64,000 nucleotides of DNA from a virus: positions 1 through 64,000 of IMG/VR virus record IMGVR_UViG_3300035698_009252; one strand, written 5' to 3'. Shown one piece after another: positions 35,121 through 44,252 of this stretch. The translations under genes and the position numbers were made by a program. The number at the start of each line of letters is the position of its first letter. Position 1 is the first letter of the stretch. Under the pieces are notes generated by a model, which worked only from the letters and a program-made list of their open reading frames with translations, ran no database searches and had not been told where the DNA came from.

Positions 35121-36133
35121 TTTTTTTCCGGTCCCCCTTCGACCGGCGTGCGTGTTATCTTCTTGGCGGGTACTGTCCCGGCCAACAAGGAGTCGTCATC
35201 GACCTCATCCTCGGCGACGGCGGCCTTTACGGCTGCTTCCTCGGCATCTGTCGGGGCGGCATCTGCCGGAACGGCATCTACCGGGGCACTCACGGCTGCT
35301 GGTGCTGCGGCGGGTGCTTCCTCCTCCGGGGCCTCGTTGATTTCGAGCAGGTCCCTGTAGTCGGAATGTAAGGCGTCGATGATGCGGGACACCTCAACGT
35401 ACTTGCCGCAAATGACTTTCAGGTCATGCCGCGTGAGTTGCTTTTCCTCATCCGTGAGAGGCGTCACCTTCGCCGAAGGCGGCTTCGTGTTCTTGTCAAT
35501 CACGGCCTGCGCCGAGTACGCCGTACGCGTCCCGTTGTGGCCCTTATTGACACAGATGTCCAGCCCTTCCTCCACGTCGGAGATGTCAAAGCCCATCTGG
35601 TCAAAGATGCCTTCGATGTCGTCCCACGCTTCCATGCCAATGCTGGCAATCTTGAAGCCGAGCACTTTCTGCTCGTTGCCGTCTTCCACGGACAGGACAA
35701 ACGGGTCGTCCCGGTCGAGGATGTTCCACTTCAATTGCGTGCGGGCGTTGCAATCCCGACGCAGCTTCTCGAAGATTTTCTTCTCCTCTTCGGTGCATTC
35801 GTCCTTGAGGACCTCATGGGCAATCTTGTTGAGGCGGCAAATGGGGCATCCGCCGCGCTTGCCTTCCTCCGCCTGGATATCCCAATCCAAACAGTTGATT
35901 ACCTGGGGCATCTTGTCGCTGCCCGTAAATGCCACCGGCTGGCACAACCCCCGCTCTGACCGCTTGGGTGCCGGAGCGATGAAGTGTGTCTTGGTCTCAA
36001 GGAATTCTCCCGCCAGCCGGACGATATTCTCGCCGTCCTTCCAGGTGTGAAAAATACCCCTCAACCTGCTTCCGCCGCCGCCCTTTGGACGACTAGCCCT
36101 AAGTTTCCTGATTTTATCTACTGTCGTGCTCAT
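35117..36133 (-). CDS. Single-stranded DNA-binding protein (gp32-like)
   Basis: DGENIVR, C...CPIC zinc site, G.DI.V.K...RTAY, acidic/Ala-rich tail, adjacent to recA. Confidence 0.75.
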   Translation of the reverse strand: MSTTVDKIRKLRASRPKGGGGSRLRGIFHTWKDGENIVRLAGEFLETKTHFIAPAPKRSERGLCQPVAFTGSDKMPQVINCLDWDIQAEEGKRGGCPICRLNKIAHEVLKDECTEEEKKIFEKLRRDCNARTQLKWNILDRDDPFVLSVEDGNEQKVLGFKIASIGMEAWDDIEGIFDQMGFDISDVEEGLDICVNKGHNGTRTAYSAQAVIDKNTKPPSAKVTPLTDEEKQLTRHDLKVICGKYVEVSRIIDALHSDYRDLLEINEAPEEEAPAAAPAAVSAPVDAVPADAAPTDAEEAAVKAAVAEDEVDDDSLLAGTVPAKKITRTPVEGGPEKN

Positions 36134-36140
36134 TCCTACT

Positions 36141-36190
36141 GCCTCCTTGGCCTTTATTGCCTTTTCGCCTTAACAGCGCCTACGCTGCCT
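36141..36190 (-). promoter_or_regulatory. Six-copy AGGC array in the SSB 5' leader
   Basis: GCCT at 36141, 36150, 36159, 36167, 36178 and 36187. The last copy in transcript order overlaps the SD. Confidence 0.7.
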
Positions 36191-36211
36191 CACAACTACC
36201 TACTATACTCC

Positions 36212-36856
36212 TCATCCAACCTGCCGTGCCCGATTTTTTCGGATGACCTGCCGAACTCTATCCATCCGGGATGATGATAACTCTCCCGGCGTACTCCTGC
36301 CTCCTCCTTTCTCCTTGTCGTCACCCATGATGCTTCCGCTTCCACTCCGCCGTTCATCGCTATCGATGGAGACGTACTCCCTCAACGAGAATGACTTCTG
36401 CTTCCACGCCTCGCACCACACATCCAAAGTGTCATACTCTTCCCGTGCCTTGTCTTCTCTGGCTTCCCACTTCTCAATCTCGGGCTCATTGTCCACGATA
36501 AATCGGGCTTTTACGTCTTCAACTTTGATGTTTGATTTCGCGGTTGTGCCCGACTCAACTGCTGCCTTGGCCAGCGCGTATTGCTTTTTCTCCCACCGGT
36601 CCTTGGCTCTATGGATATTGTCAAAACGCCTCTTTGCTGCTTTCTTGAGGGTGAGGAAGTATGCCATTGCTGCGGGCTGCATGGCTACGTGCTGGTCAAG
36701 CGAGCCCTTCGTTATGTCAAGAAGGTCCCGATGTGCCATTTCCAACTTGATACCGGAAAGTTCTACATCCCCCAACCCGTCACATGTCGCCGCGATATTC
36801 TTAAGTACTGTCATTCTCTGCCTCCTTGCCTTCTGTTGCCCATTTTGCCGATTCAC
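36212..36856 (-). CDS. Coiled-coil protein, possibly UvsY-like recombination mediator
   Basis: All-helical, lies upstream of SSB and recA. Confidence 0.45.
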   Translation of the reverse strand: MNRQNGQQKARRQRMTVLKNIAATCDGLGDVELSGIKLEMAHRDLLDITKGSLDQHVAMQPAAMAYFLTLKKAAKRRFDNIHRAKDRWEKKQYALAKAAVESGTTAKSNIKVEDVKARFIVDNEPEIEKWEAREDKAREEYDTLDVWCEAWKQKSFSLREYVSIDSDERRSGSGSIMGDDKEKGGGRSTPGELSSSRMDRVRQVIRKNRARQVG

Positions 36857-37526
36857 GCTCGAATGTTTCTATACGCCTTCTGAACTCACCCAATATTATA
36901 CGCTTGGAGCCGTACCCGGTGAGCAAGTTTTTTACCTCTTCGCGTTTTTTTTCGTTCCCGGCCTCTTTTGCCGTCCTCAAAAGGACACGTCCGCGACTAA
37001 TCAGAGCCATCCCCTCTTTGCGATTCAGCTCTTCGCGGTGCCGTTTCTTCATTTTGTCCCGGTTTGCAAACCTGAACTTTTCTATTACAAAATTGCTGCA
37101 CGCTTGCTTGATGTTCGGCGGACAGAACTTGGGATTTTCAATGTAAAAGTCCTCAAACGCCCACTCCAGGAACTCGTCAATGGTGAACCCATCAACCTCA
37201 AGACCCGCGACTGTCTGGTTTATCAACCGGCTATCGACAGGCGTAATGGAATGAACGTACTCGTAATCCGTAAACTGTAAATACCGGGACTTAAAGATGA
37301 CGATGAACCGTCGACGGTCCTTATCCGCCTTTTTCTTTGGAGAAATTTTGTGGGTCTCCTCAAAGACTTGCCGGTCACAAGCATCCGTCAGAAGCTCTAC
37401 GTAATGATAGATTTCCGGCACCTTGTCTATTCCCATCTGCCGAGCCAATATACAGACAGTTGTCTCGAACCCGCTAACGGGGCTCTCTGGTACCGGATTC
37501 CTCGTCTTGACATCTTTTTTGTTCAT
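36801..37526 (-). CDS. Hypothetical protein
   Basis: 241 aa. Confidence 0.6.
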   Translation of the reverse strand: MNKKDVKTRNPVPESPVSGFETTVCILARQMGIDKVPEIYHYVELLTDACDRQVFEETHKISPKKKADKDRRRFIVIFKSRYLQFTDYEYVHSITPVDSRLINQTVAGLEVDGFTIDEFLEWAFEDFYIENPKFCPPNIKQACSNFVIEKFRFANRDKMKKRHREELNRKEGMALISRGRVLLRTAKEAGNEKKREEVKNLLTGYGSKRIILGEFRRRIETFERESAKWATEGKEAENDST

Positions 37527-37959
37527 AAATGTACCGCTTGACCCTTTTTACCAGGGCATCGTCCTTGTCAAAAAGCAACGGGAGAAGGGAATCTGCGTTT
37601 CCCGACCGACGCAACATGGAAATGGCCTCCTCCCGGACAAGGCCATCCTCGGAGCTAATCATTCTTCCAAGAGCCATGGCCCCCTCTCCTCGTTCTCCAA
37701 AAACGTGAAGCATCTCCCGCAAAACGACAGAATCTTTCTCCCTTAATGCGGCATCCAGAAGAGGCGTAACATCTCCCAATTTTCCAATAATCCTCGCAAC
37801 AGCCCGACGAGTCATCGAGTCCCCCGAGCCAAAGTGCTTGGCCAAGAACTGCACGTTGACATTCTTACACCTTAACACGTCTCGGACATGCCGCTCGGAA
37901 AGGGTTCCATCAGACATGGCCCGGTCACAAGCTATCACGGCTCTCTCAGCAAATCCCAC
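37474..37959 (-). CDS. HEAT-repeat protein
   Basis: Repeats such as DSMTRRAVARIIGKLG and EDGLVREEAISML. Confidence 0.7.
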   Translation of the reverse strand: MGFAERAVIACDRAMSDGTLSERHVRDVLRCKNVNVQFLAKHFGSGDSMTRRAVARIIGKLGDVTPLLDAALREKDSVVLREMLHVFGERGEGAMALGRMISSEDGLVREEAISMLRRSGNADSLLPLLFDKDDALVKRVKRYIYEQKRCQDEESGTREPR

Positions 37960-38953
37960 GTGTAATACTCCTCAGTGCTCGCCAGAACAAATCGTCCACT
38001 TCCCCTTCAAGGTTCTTATACTCCTCAACCAGCTTTTCCTGCGTGGTAATTCCTTGTTCGTACAAAAAAGAAGCCCGGCCCTTGTTGATACCGGGGAGTC
38101 GGCACAACGGAACCAGGTGAGATGGAATCCCGCGCTTACACCTCCAGCCCAGTTCATCAAGAAAAGCGCCCTTACCCCACTTCATCACCTTGTTCAAATC
38201 ACACAATGCTTGACAAATACGCTCACTATCGCGCCTGAGTGCGAGAGCCTGATTCCGCATCTTGCCGACCGGGTGACCACCCAGAACGTACTTCCACAGT
38301 GTCGCGGTTACGAGTGTTCCCTTGGACTTTTTCAGAGCAGGAGGAATTGCGTTCCGGCACTCTTCTACAACACCCCAATACCCATCCCCGAAATCTCCGG
38401 CCATCCTGGTACAAGGAACCGTCCCCAAGGCCCATGCGACGGCCATATCATCTCCCTCCAGGCCCAGATTGAAGATGGTGTCAAAGTTATCCCTCCATGC
38501 CCAAATATCTGCCGGGTGGAAATAAAGCCGGACTGCAATCTGCCCCAAGGGAGTAATCTCTGTTTCTCGACCCTTCCGAACAACAGCCTTTACCTCCCGA
38601 AGCACCGAGAACACCTCGTCGAAATGGGGTTTTATTCCTTGTACAGACCCCAGGCTTCTCCGGTACCACGCATCCGCCGTTTTCTCATCCACAACCACTT
38701 GAGATTGTATCTCGGGTAGAACGTGAAAAGCCATTACCCCAGCATCTCCCAAGGAAGATATGACTTGGAAGCTTTCGCTGCTGTCCATCCCCTGCCGGAC
38801 ATCGTCTTCTAGTTCAGATTCAACGACAACCGTTGCGCGGCAGACGGCCCCACCATGCTTCCTGCCCCCTCGGCCCACCATCTGTTTGATTTCCGATACG
38901 GGGACAGCTTGCCTTGCACGTTTCGCCCCTACAACTATAACTCTATCTGCCAC
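37946..38953 (-). CDS. Hel308/Ski2-like helicase, C-terminal part
   Basis: GTG 38953 gives MADRVIVVG...QMVGRGGR (motif VI), then ITPLGQIAVRLY (winged helix) and LCRLPGINKGRA (HhH). Confidence 0.8.
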   Translation of the reverse strand: MADRVIVVGAKRARQAVPVSEIKQMVGRGGRKHGGAVCRATVVVESELEDDVRQGMDSSESFQVISSLGDAGVMAFHVLPEIQSQVVVDEKTADAWYRRSLGSVQGIKPHFDEVFSVLREVKAVVRKGRETEITPLGQIAVRLYFHPADIWAWRDNFDTIFNLGLEGDDMAVAWALGTVPCTRMAGDFGDGYWGVVEECRNAIPPALKKSKGTLVTATLWKYVLGGHPVGKMRNQALALRRDSERICQALCDLNKVMKWGKGAFLDELGWRCKRGIPSHLVPLCRLPGINKGRASFLYEQGITTQEKLVEEYKNLEGEVDDLFWRALRSITRGIC

Positions 38954-39381
38954 TACCAATGCCTCGATTCACCCTCTGTCATTCCCACCATGTGTTGTCC
39001 TGCTGTGGCATAGACACCGTCGGGATGGTCACTGTCGGCCCCCAAACACAATTTCTCTTGCAGGCTCTTCTTGTTGGTCTCCCGGACATTCTCGACTCTT
39101 GTCATCCTGTCCTGTGCATCACCATAGCCGATCATCCCGAAAACAAGATGGATAGGAGTTGCCCACTCCATGAGGTCTAACAGCTTCTCCCTCCACCACC
39201 ATTGCCCCCAGATACCCAGGAAGTGCCTCCAGCCGCCAATACAGCGACACCAGTACCGAAGCCGGGTATACTTCCACCAATGTGAGAAGTCGCCTTCTAC
39301 GTGCCTGTAACACCCGCAGGGGCGTTGTTCTAACAGGTCAATCCAAGCCTGGGCATTCTCTACCGGCATCCAAGGCATCAA
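38953..39381 (-). CDS. Trp-rich hypothetical protein
   Basis: Fills the space between UDG and the helicase C-part. Its TAG overlaps the GTG start. Confidence 0.5.
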   Translation of the reverse strand: MMPWMPVENAQAWIDLLEQRPCGCYRHVEGDFSHWWKYTRLRYWCRCIGGWRHFLGIWGQWWWREKLLDLMEWATPIHLVFGMIGYGDAQDRMTRVENVRETNKKSLQEKLCLGADSDHPDGVYATAGQHMVGMTEGESRHW

Positions 39382-39940
39382 GACTCTCCTTTACGACGAT
39401 TAACCCCTTCATAAACATCTTACTCTTCTCGGGATGGTTTGTGTTCACCGGACTTGGGTGAAGTAGCGGAATAATTGGGATGCCATACCGAATAGAGAGA
39501 ATCGGCTTGCCATGGTGCTTCATAATCCCATTCATGCCAGTGAGTTGCCGGAATGCCAGGGACCCCAAAGCAACAATCAGCCGAGGTTTCAGAATGGTCA
39601 CCTCCCGGTCGAGAAAGAAGCGGCAATTCTCCATCTCTGAGAGATTCGGCGGTCTATTCATCGGAGTGAAGCACCGTACGATATTGCTAACGTAAAAGTC
39701 TTTCCGAAAAAGCCCAACCTTCTCCGCAGCCTCATTGAAGAACTGGCCGGATACCCCCACAAATGGGATACCCTGTCCTACTTCGTCCCGGCCAGGATTC
39801 TGGCCAACAGCCATAACACGCGCCTGGGTGTTCATGTCAGAGAAGACATTGGACAGGTGCCCATTTATCATCTGCCCACCGACACTACACTTCTGGCAAT
39901 TGAGGCATTCGGCTTTTAGAGATTCGAGATTATCCAACAT
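39338..39940 (-). CDS. Uracil-DNA glycosylase, family 4 (Fe-S)
   Basis: CQKC, GQNPG..E, PFVG.SG, NIVRC, NRPP, HPS. Confidence 0.92.
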   Translation of the reverse strand: MLDNLESLKAECLNCQKCSVGGQMINGHLSNVFSDMNTQARVMAVGQNPGRDEVGQGIPFVGVSGQFFNEAAEKVGLFRKDFYVSNIVRCFTPMNRPPNLSEMENCRFFLDREVTILKPRLIVALGSLAFRQLTGMNGIMKHHGKPILSIRYGIPIIPLLHPSPVNTNHPEKSKMFMKGLIVVKESLDALDAGRECPGLD

Positions 39941-40835
39941 TTACTCCTGCTCCCAATGTAGAGGTACTCACTAAAACATTCAGCCCCGATGTTCTATCGT
40001 TGAACGCATCTTCCATCTTCGCCCTGACTCCACTCTTGACTGATGCGTTATGAAATGCCGCCCGAATCCCAGCACCTCTCAGCTTTTTGACGATTGATGT
40101 TCCCGTTATCTTCGAGTGCACAAACACCAAGACCTTCCCCGACGACTCCCCAACCAAACGGACGGCCTCGTTTTCTTTTTCCTGATTGTCCCCCACAGGC
40201 AAATAGTCCACTTCTATCTTTGATGGCCTCCACGAACTCACGATACATTTGGTTTGCTTCCCGTTGAGAGTCTTCACCCATCGGGCCAACTCCATCGCGT
40301 TACCCATCGTTGCCGATAGCAAAACGAGCCGGACGGATGGGTTGATAGATGTAAGTCTCATCATTGACACCTCTACGGCCCCTCCCCTGCTCTTGTCATT
40401 CATCAAATGTGCCTCGTCATAGACAACACAAGACAGGCTTCTCATCCAACTCCGATAGGCCCTAGAACGGGTCTTCGCGTCGAAAGATTCACATGTCACA
40501 ACAGCGAGCCGTGCCGCTTCGTGGTCTTCCACCCCGGAACGCGAATCGGTAGACGACAGGACAACGCCATCGCCGTTAAGCTGTGGATTGTCCTTCCACT
40601 CCTGAAACTTCTCAGAGGCCAGACTTTTGAATGGGCACACGTAGGCAACCCGGCAATCCGCCCCCGTCTGGAGGTGAAAGCCGAAGCAACACTCCGCGAG
40701 CACAGTCTTCCCCGCCGCCGTAGCGAAGGACACAACGAGATTTACATCCTCATCCAAGAATGGCACAACCGCCTGTTGCGCCACGTTGTATTCTGCGAAG
40801 GGCGGCGTATAGTAAGAGAACGCCGTCGATTTCAT
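39930..40835 (-). CDS. Hel308/Ski2-like DEAH helicase, N-terminal part
   Basis: Q motif, ATAAGKT, PFKSLASEK, DEAH, LSAT, FVHS, FHNA, STSTLGAGVN, then stop. Confidence 0.88.
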   Translation of the reverse strand: MKSTAFSYYTPPFAEYNVAQQAVVPFLDEDVNLVVSFATAAGKTVLAECCFGFHLQTGADCRVAYVCPFKSLASEKFQEWKDNPQLNGDGVVLSSTDSRSGVEDHEAARLAVVTCESFDAKTRSRAYRSWMRSLSCVVYDEAHLMNDKSRGGAVEVSMMRLTSINPSVRLVLLSATMGNAMELARWVKTLNGKQTKCIVSSWRPSKIEVDYLPVGDNQEKENEAVRLVGESSGKVLVFVHSKITGTSIVKKLRGAGIRAAFHNASVKSGVRAKMEDAFNDRTSGLNVLVSTSTLGAGVNVG

Positions 40836-41260
40836 TACGATAGAGCCGCGAGAACCTCCTCCGCCTGCTCCACAGACTCGATGGAATCAAAGATTCTCTC
40901 GTAGTCCTTTGCCTCGATTTTCACGCGCCCGGTAGCGTTAGACTCCGTCACGAGCACCATCGTCTTGCCGTCTTTGACGAAGAAGTACCCAACGGCCTGC
41001 TTCCCGACTCTATCGGAACGGTCATACTTGCCCTCAAGGCTCTTAAGCAAATGCTTCAACGGCGAAATGGGCTCTTGTTCCTCCGTCCCGGCAGGTTGGG
41101 AATCCGCAGCACTTACAGGCTCTTCTGCGACAGACTCTCCACTCTCGCGTCTACCTGTAGAACGTTCGCATTCTTTCCTGATGTAACACCCCGCGCATTC
41201 CGGCGCAGACATGTCCCACATAACCCCGAAACAATCGGGCTGTTTACCTGCTGTTTCCAT
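40835..41260 (-). CDS. Hypothetical protein with N-terminal CFG-x8-ECxxCx5C motif
   Basis: PDCFGVMWDMSAPECAGCYIRKEC. Confidence 0.65.
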   Translation of the reverse strand: METAGKQPDCFGVMWDMSAPECAGCYIRKECERSTGRRESGESVAEEPVSAADSQPAGTEEQEPISPLKHLLKSLEGKYDRSDRVGKQAVGYFFVKDGKTMVLVTESNATGRVKIEAKDYERIFDSIESVEQAEEVLAALS

Positions 41261-41269
41261 ATCTCCTCC

Positions 41270-41995
41270 TTATCTGAACCTCTTCTGCATGAACGGCTGT
41301 ACCTTCTGGTGATAGAAGTTCATTGCCGTACCCCTTCCGACTTCCGAGACCAACGCTGCATGCGCTACGCAAACCCCACCCGGTATTGTCTTATCCTCCG
41401 GGTTGCCGAGTAAAGCATATACGAACGTTTTCCACTCCGGGTATTTCTCCCCCAACTCTCGTACGGCATCGGCAAACTCGCACGACAAGATAGCCCCGTA
41501 ATGAGTCTCCTCCGCTGGCTTGCGCTCCATATCCTCATCAGGATGGGAAACCAAATGGCTCGTAAGCTTCTGCGAACGCCGGTATTCCCTGTTGAGGACG
41601 TTGGAACAAAGACGCCACGCCCAGGTCGAGAACTTAGCCCTCTTGGAATCGTAGGTGTGCAGCTTCTTCCAAATCCGCTGGAAGCACTCCTGTGCCAAGT
41701 CCTCTTGATGCTCGATACAGGTTGTGGAGTACCGCGACGCCAACATCCCGACCATGCGTTCGATAGACTTGCAGAGTGCATCCGCGAAGTATTGCCTTGC
41801 GGGGTGAGGGGGAGCCTCCCCATTACGCTCTGCCACGATGGCAGAGACCATGAACTCTTGTGTGACGGGGAATCGAGTCCCGGCTTCCGGGCAATCGCCC
41901 AGTGAGAACTCCTGGAGACGAATGTCATCCAGCCATGTTTCCAGAATCTCATTTGCTTCTTCTGTGAAGCTGCATACGGTGCCTTTACGCTCCAT
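41270..41995 (-). CDS. Phage RNA polymerase sigma factor (sigma70/ECF-like)
   Basis: Region 2 EDLAQECFQRIWKKLHTYDSKRAKFSTWAWRLCSN. Divergent region 4. Confidence 0.85.
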   Translation of the reverse strand: MERKGTVCSFTEEANEILETWLDDIRLQEFSLGDCPEAGTRFPVTQEFMVSAIVAERNGEAPPHPARQYFADALCKSIERMVGMLASRYSTTCIEHQEDLAQECFQRIWKKLHTYDSKRAKFSTWAWRLCSNVLNREYRRSQKLTSHLVSHPDEDMERKPAEETHYGAILSCEFADAVRELGEKYPEWKTFVYALLGNPEDKTIPGGVCVAHAALVSEVGRGTAMNFYHQKVQPFMQKRFR

Positions 41996-42077
41996 AGCGC
42001 CTACCTCCAGTTCGCCGATAATCGGCAGTTGTGTTTGGCCATAAATGGCCGAGCCTAGTTAGTTGCCTACAGTGGAT

Positions 42078-42116
42078 AAGTTACCCATTCATTGCCTGGG
42101 TGTCAACAAAATCTGG
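42078..42116 (-). promoter_or_regulatory. Sigma-gene promoter: motif copy 5 overlapping TTGACA-N17-TAACTT
   Basis: CCAGATTTTGTTGACACCCAGGCAATGAATGGGTAACTT. Confidence 0.65.
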
Positions 42117-42124
42117 AATAAAAA

Positions 42125-43252
42125 TTATCGTCCTCCCAGAAAAGCCGAAAAGTCGGCATTCGCAAGGTTTTTCGGGTCCTTTCCCAGTGGAACGTGGCAC
42201 CGAATCAGGGTCCCCTTCCCATAGTTTCTGCTCAACCGTTCCTGCACCCGGTCGGTAATCATGCGCCCGGCACTGTCCCCATCAAACATTAGAGCAACCC
42301 GCTTCGGGGTTATTTCCGTAATAAGTGTGAATTGTCCCTCCCCCAAATAACCGCCCAGAATAGCCACGGCATTCGGGTAGCCCTCCTGCCACAACTTCAT
42401 TACCTCCCTGGGACCTTCTGTAATGAACAAGACATCGCATCCTTTCTCGCAATCGTCAAATCCAAACAGACAACCATCCGGCATGTGAGAATGAGGCCCA
42501 CCTCCCGCTATGAAATTGTCAGCATTGACGGATTTGCGGTAATCCTTGTCCTCCTTGAGGGGGTGCTCATCCAACCACCGCTCTTTGCCAAGGATGTCGA
42601 CGGCACAGTATCCAATCACTTCTCCCTTTTGCACGAAGGGGATAATTACCCGATTCGTATACCTTCCATACGTTCTTAGGAAAATCTTGTGATGGTCAAC
42701 TGTCGCGGATTGTATGTTCGTGGGATTCTTGCCTGGGGGATGCATGAAGAACTGATAAGCCTCGGGCGGCATGTACCTGTTCCCCATATCCCTCTTCACA
42801 CTCGATAGCCCCCGCACAGCTTTTACGTCCTCCCCTTCGACCCCGTGCTCCGAATACATAGATGGAGCAATTCGCTGTCGGAATTTTTTATTCTGTGCTA
42901 ACTGAAGAGACACCTCCGAGACATCCGCATCGGTTTGCATCAAGAATTTGACTGCCTCACGAGGGTGGCAGTCAAGCATCCTGCTTGCTATCCAGACAAG
43001 GTTGCTTCCACGCCCCTCCGTGAAGCAAATGGATTCGCCCGTTTCGGTATTGACGAACCAATTCGGGTCCGAGGACTCCCGGCCAACAAACATGGCATGG
43101 TCCGGGCACTTGGCCCGAACCTCACCGCCATGAGTGGATATCTCTTCAACGCCCAGCTTGTGAAGAATGGGAATAACGTCAACCGATGGCATGAGCCAAT
43201 CGATTTTCTTATACCGCAACCGTTCCCGGACGCTGAGATTATGTTCGGACAT
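42125..43252 (-). CDS. dnaG: DNA primase (zinc-binding domain + TOPRIM)
   Basis: CPDH...CF, RVIIP, ITEG, FDGDSAG, KDP. Confidence 0.88.
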   Translation of the reverse strand: MSEHNLSVRERLRYKKIDWLMPSVDVIPILHKLGVEEISTHGGEVRAKCPDHAMFVGRESSDPNWFVNTETGESICFTEGRGSNLVWIASRMLDCHPREAVKFLMQTDADVSEVSLQLAQNKKFRQRIAPSMYSEHGVEGEDVKAVRGLSSVKRDMGNRYMPPEAYQFFMHPPGKNPTNIQSATVDHHKIFLRTYGRYTNRVIIPFVQKGEVIGYCAVDILGKERWLDEHPLKEDKDYRKSVNADNFIAGGGPHSHMPDGCLFGFDDCEKGCDVLFITEGPREVMKLWQEGYPNAVAILGGYLGEGQFTLITEITPKRVALMFDGDSAGRMITDRVQERLSRNYGKGTLIRCHVPLGKDPKNLANADFSAFLGGR

Positions 43253-43271
43253 TTCAGCCCCTCATGTGGCC

Positions 43272-44249
43272 TCAGCAGCCCGTGTAGTAACGACGGCGCA
43301 ATACCGGGTCATAAGCCGTGAACTCGTCATTCTCGTTTACGTCCTGCTCGATGAACTCGATAGCGTCCACCATATCCACATCCATACGGACGATGGACTG
43401 AAGAATAAGGGCCTCACGAGTCGCCGGAGTAACCCCATTCCCATCAAAAGACGTAACCGCGTGCAACAGCCGGATAACGACTTCCTGGCTTGGAGCGTTA
43501 CCTTGCTTGTTCAGGGCCGTAATAACCCGCTTGAGGGCCGACGAGACACGGGTCATGGTCAGGTTGTTCAGCCCGAGCAAAACACCGCGCTTGGTTTCAA
43601 CCGGGACACAATCCTGAAACTCGTAAGCATCAATAGCCCCGATGCGATACAAGAGTGACGATGCGAGGAGAATCACCTTGTCTTCGTCCTCCAGCCGATA
43701 ACCGCCCATCGTCTTCAAACACACGTCGGCAACCCGAACAGTACAGGCTAACAAGCCGCCTTGCCGCCCGTAGTGCGTTCCGATACCACCCGGCGCGACC
43801 ACAAACTTGTCGAAGAACTTGGAATTGCCATAGACTTCATCCACGAGCATACCCGCCGTTTCGTCCCCCGTCGACGTTTCCAGTTTCTTCAGCTCCTCCC
43901 GGATTTCATCGAAGCGTTCGGCGCACTGGTCCATGTCATCGTAGACTGGGATGTAGTCGGAAAGGTCGTCCGGCTGCGCCACAATCTCGATATTCTTGGC
44001 GATAATGCTCGGACTACCCATGTACTCCTCGACATTGGCCACCACGAATACCCAGTTCCCTTTCAAGAGCCCATCAATGGTTCCCCAGAACTTCACGAAC
44101 CGGGAGCCGGACTTGTCCCTCAAGACAAGGTCCAGGTAATCCTTTTGTGTTTTGGTCTGCTTGACGAACGCCTTCTCGACGTAATAGACTCCCTCAAACG
44201 TTGTCCCGATGTTTTGATGCCCGATAAGGGCATGCGCCTGTGTTGTCAT
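43272..44249 (-). CDS. YhaM/Cbf1-like OB-HD protein lacking the HD metal ligands
   Basis: OB region YLDLVLRDKSG...KFW. HD-domain scaffold GGLLACT, LLYRIG and EALILQSIVRMD with His/Asp replaced. Confidence 0.75.
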   Translation of the reverse strand: MTTQAHALIGHQNIGTTFEGVYYVEKAFVKQTKTQKDYLDLVLRDKSGSRFVKFWGTIDGLLKGNWVFVVANVEEYMGSPSIIAKNIEIVAQPDDLSDYIPVYDDMDQCAERFDEIREELKKLETSTGDETAGMLVDEVYGNSKFFDKFVVAPGGIGTHYGRQGGLLACTVRVADVCLKTMGGYRLEDEDKVILLASSLLYRIGAIDAYEFQDCVPVETKRGVLLGLNNLTMTRVSSALKRVITALNKQGNAPSQEVVIRLLHAVTSFDGNGVTPATREALILQSIVRMDVDMVDAIEFIEQDVNENDEFTAYDPVLRRRYYTGC

Positions 44250-44252
44250 CCT

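Noticed and set aside
38954-39935. Group I intron or T4 gene 60-style hop joining the helicase halves (AAT|...TTG|GTA would give GVNVVADRV; GGA precedes the stop)
   Set aside because: The interval is fully occupied by UDG and another ORF, with no room for a ribozyme core. There is no in-frame GGA landing codon, and the C-half has its own coupled start. Kept only as an alternative to test.
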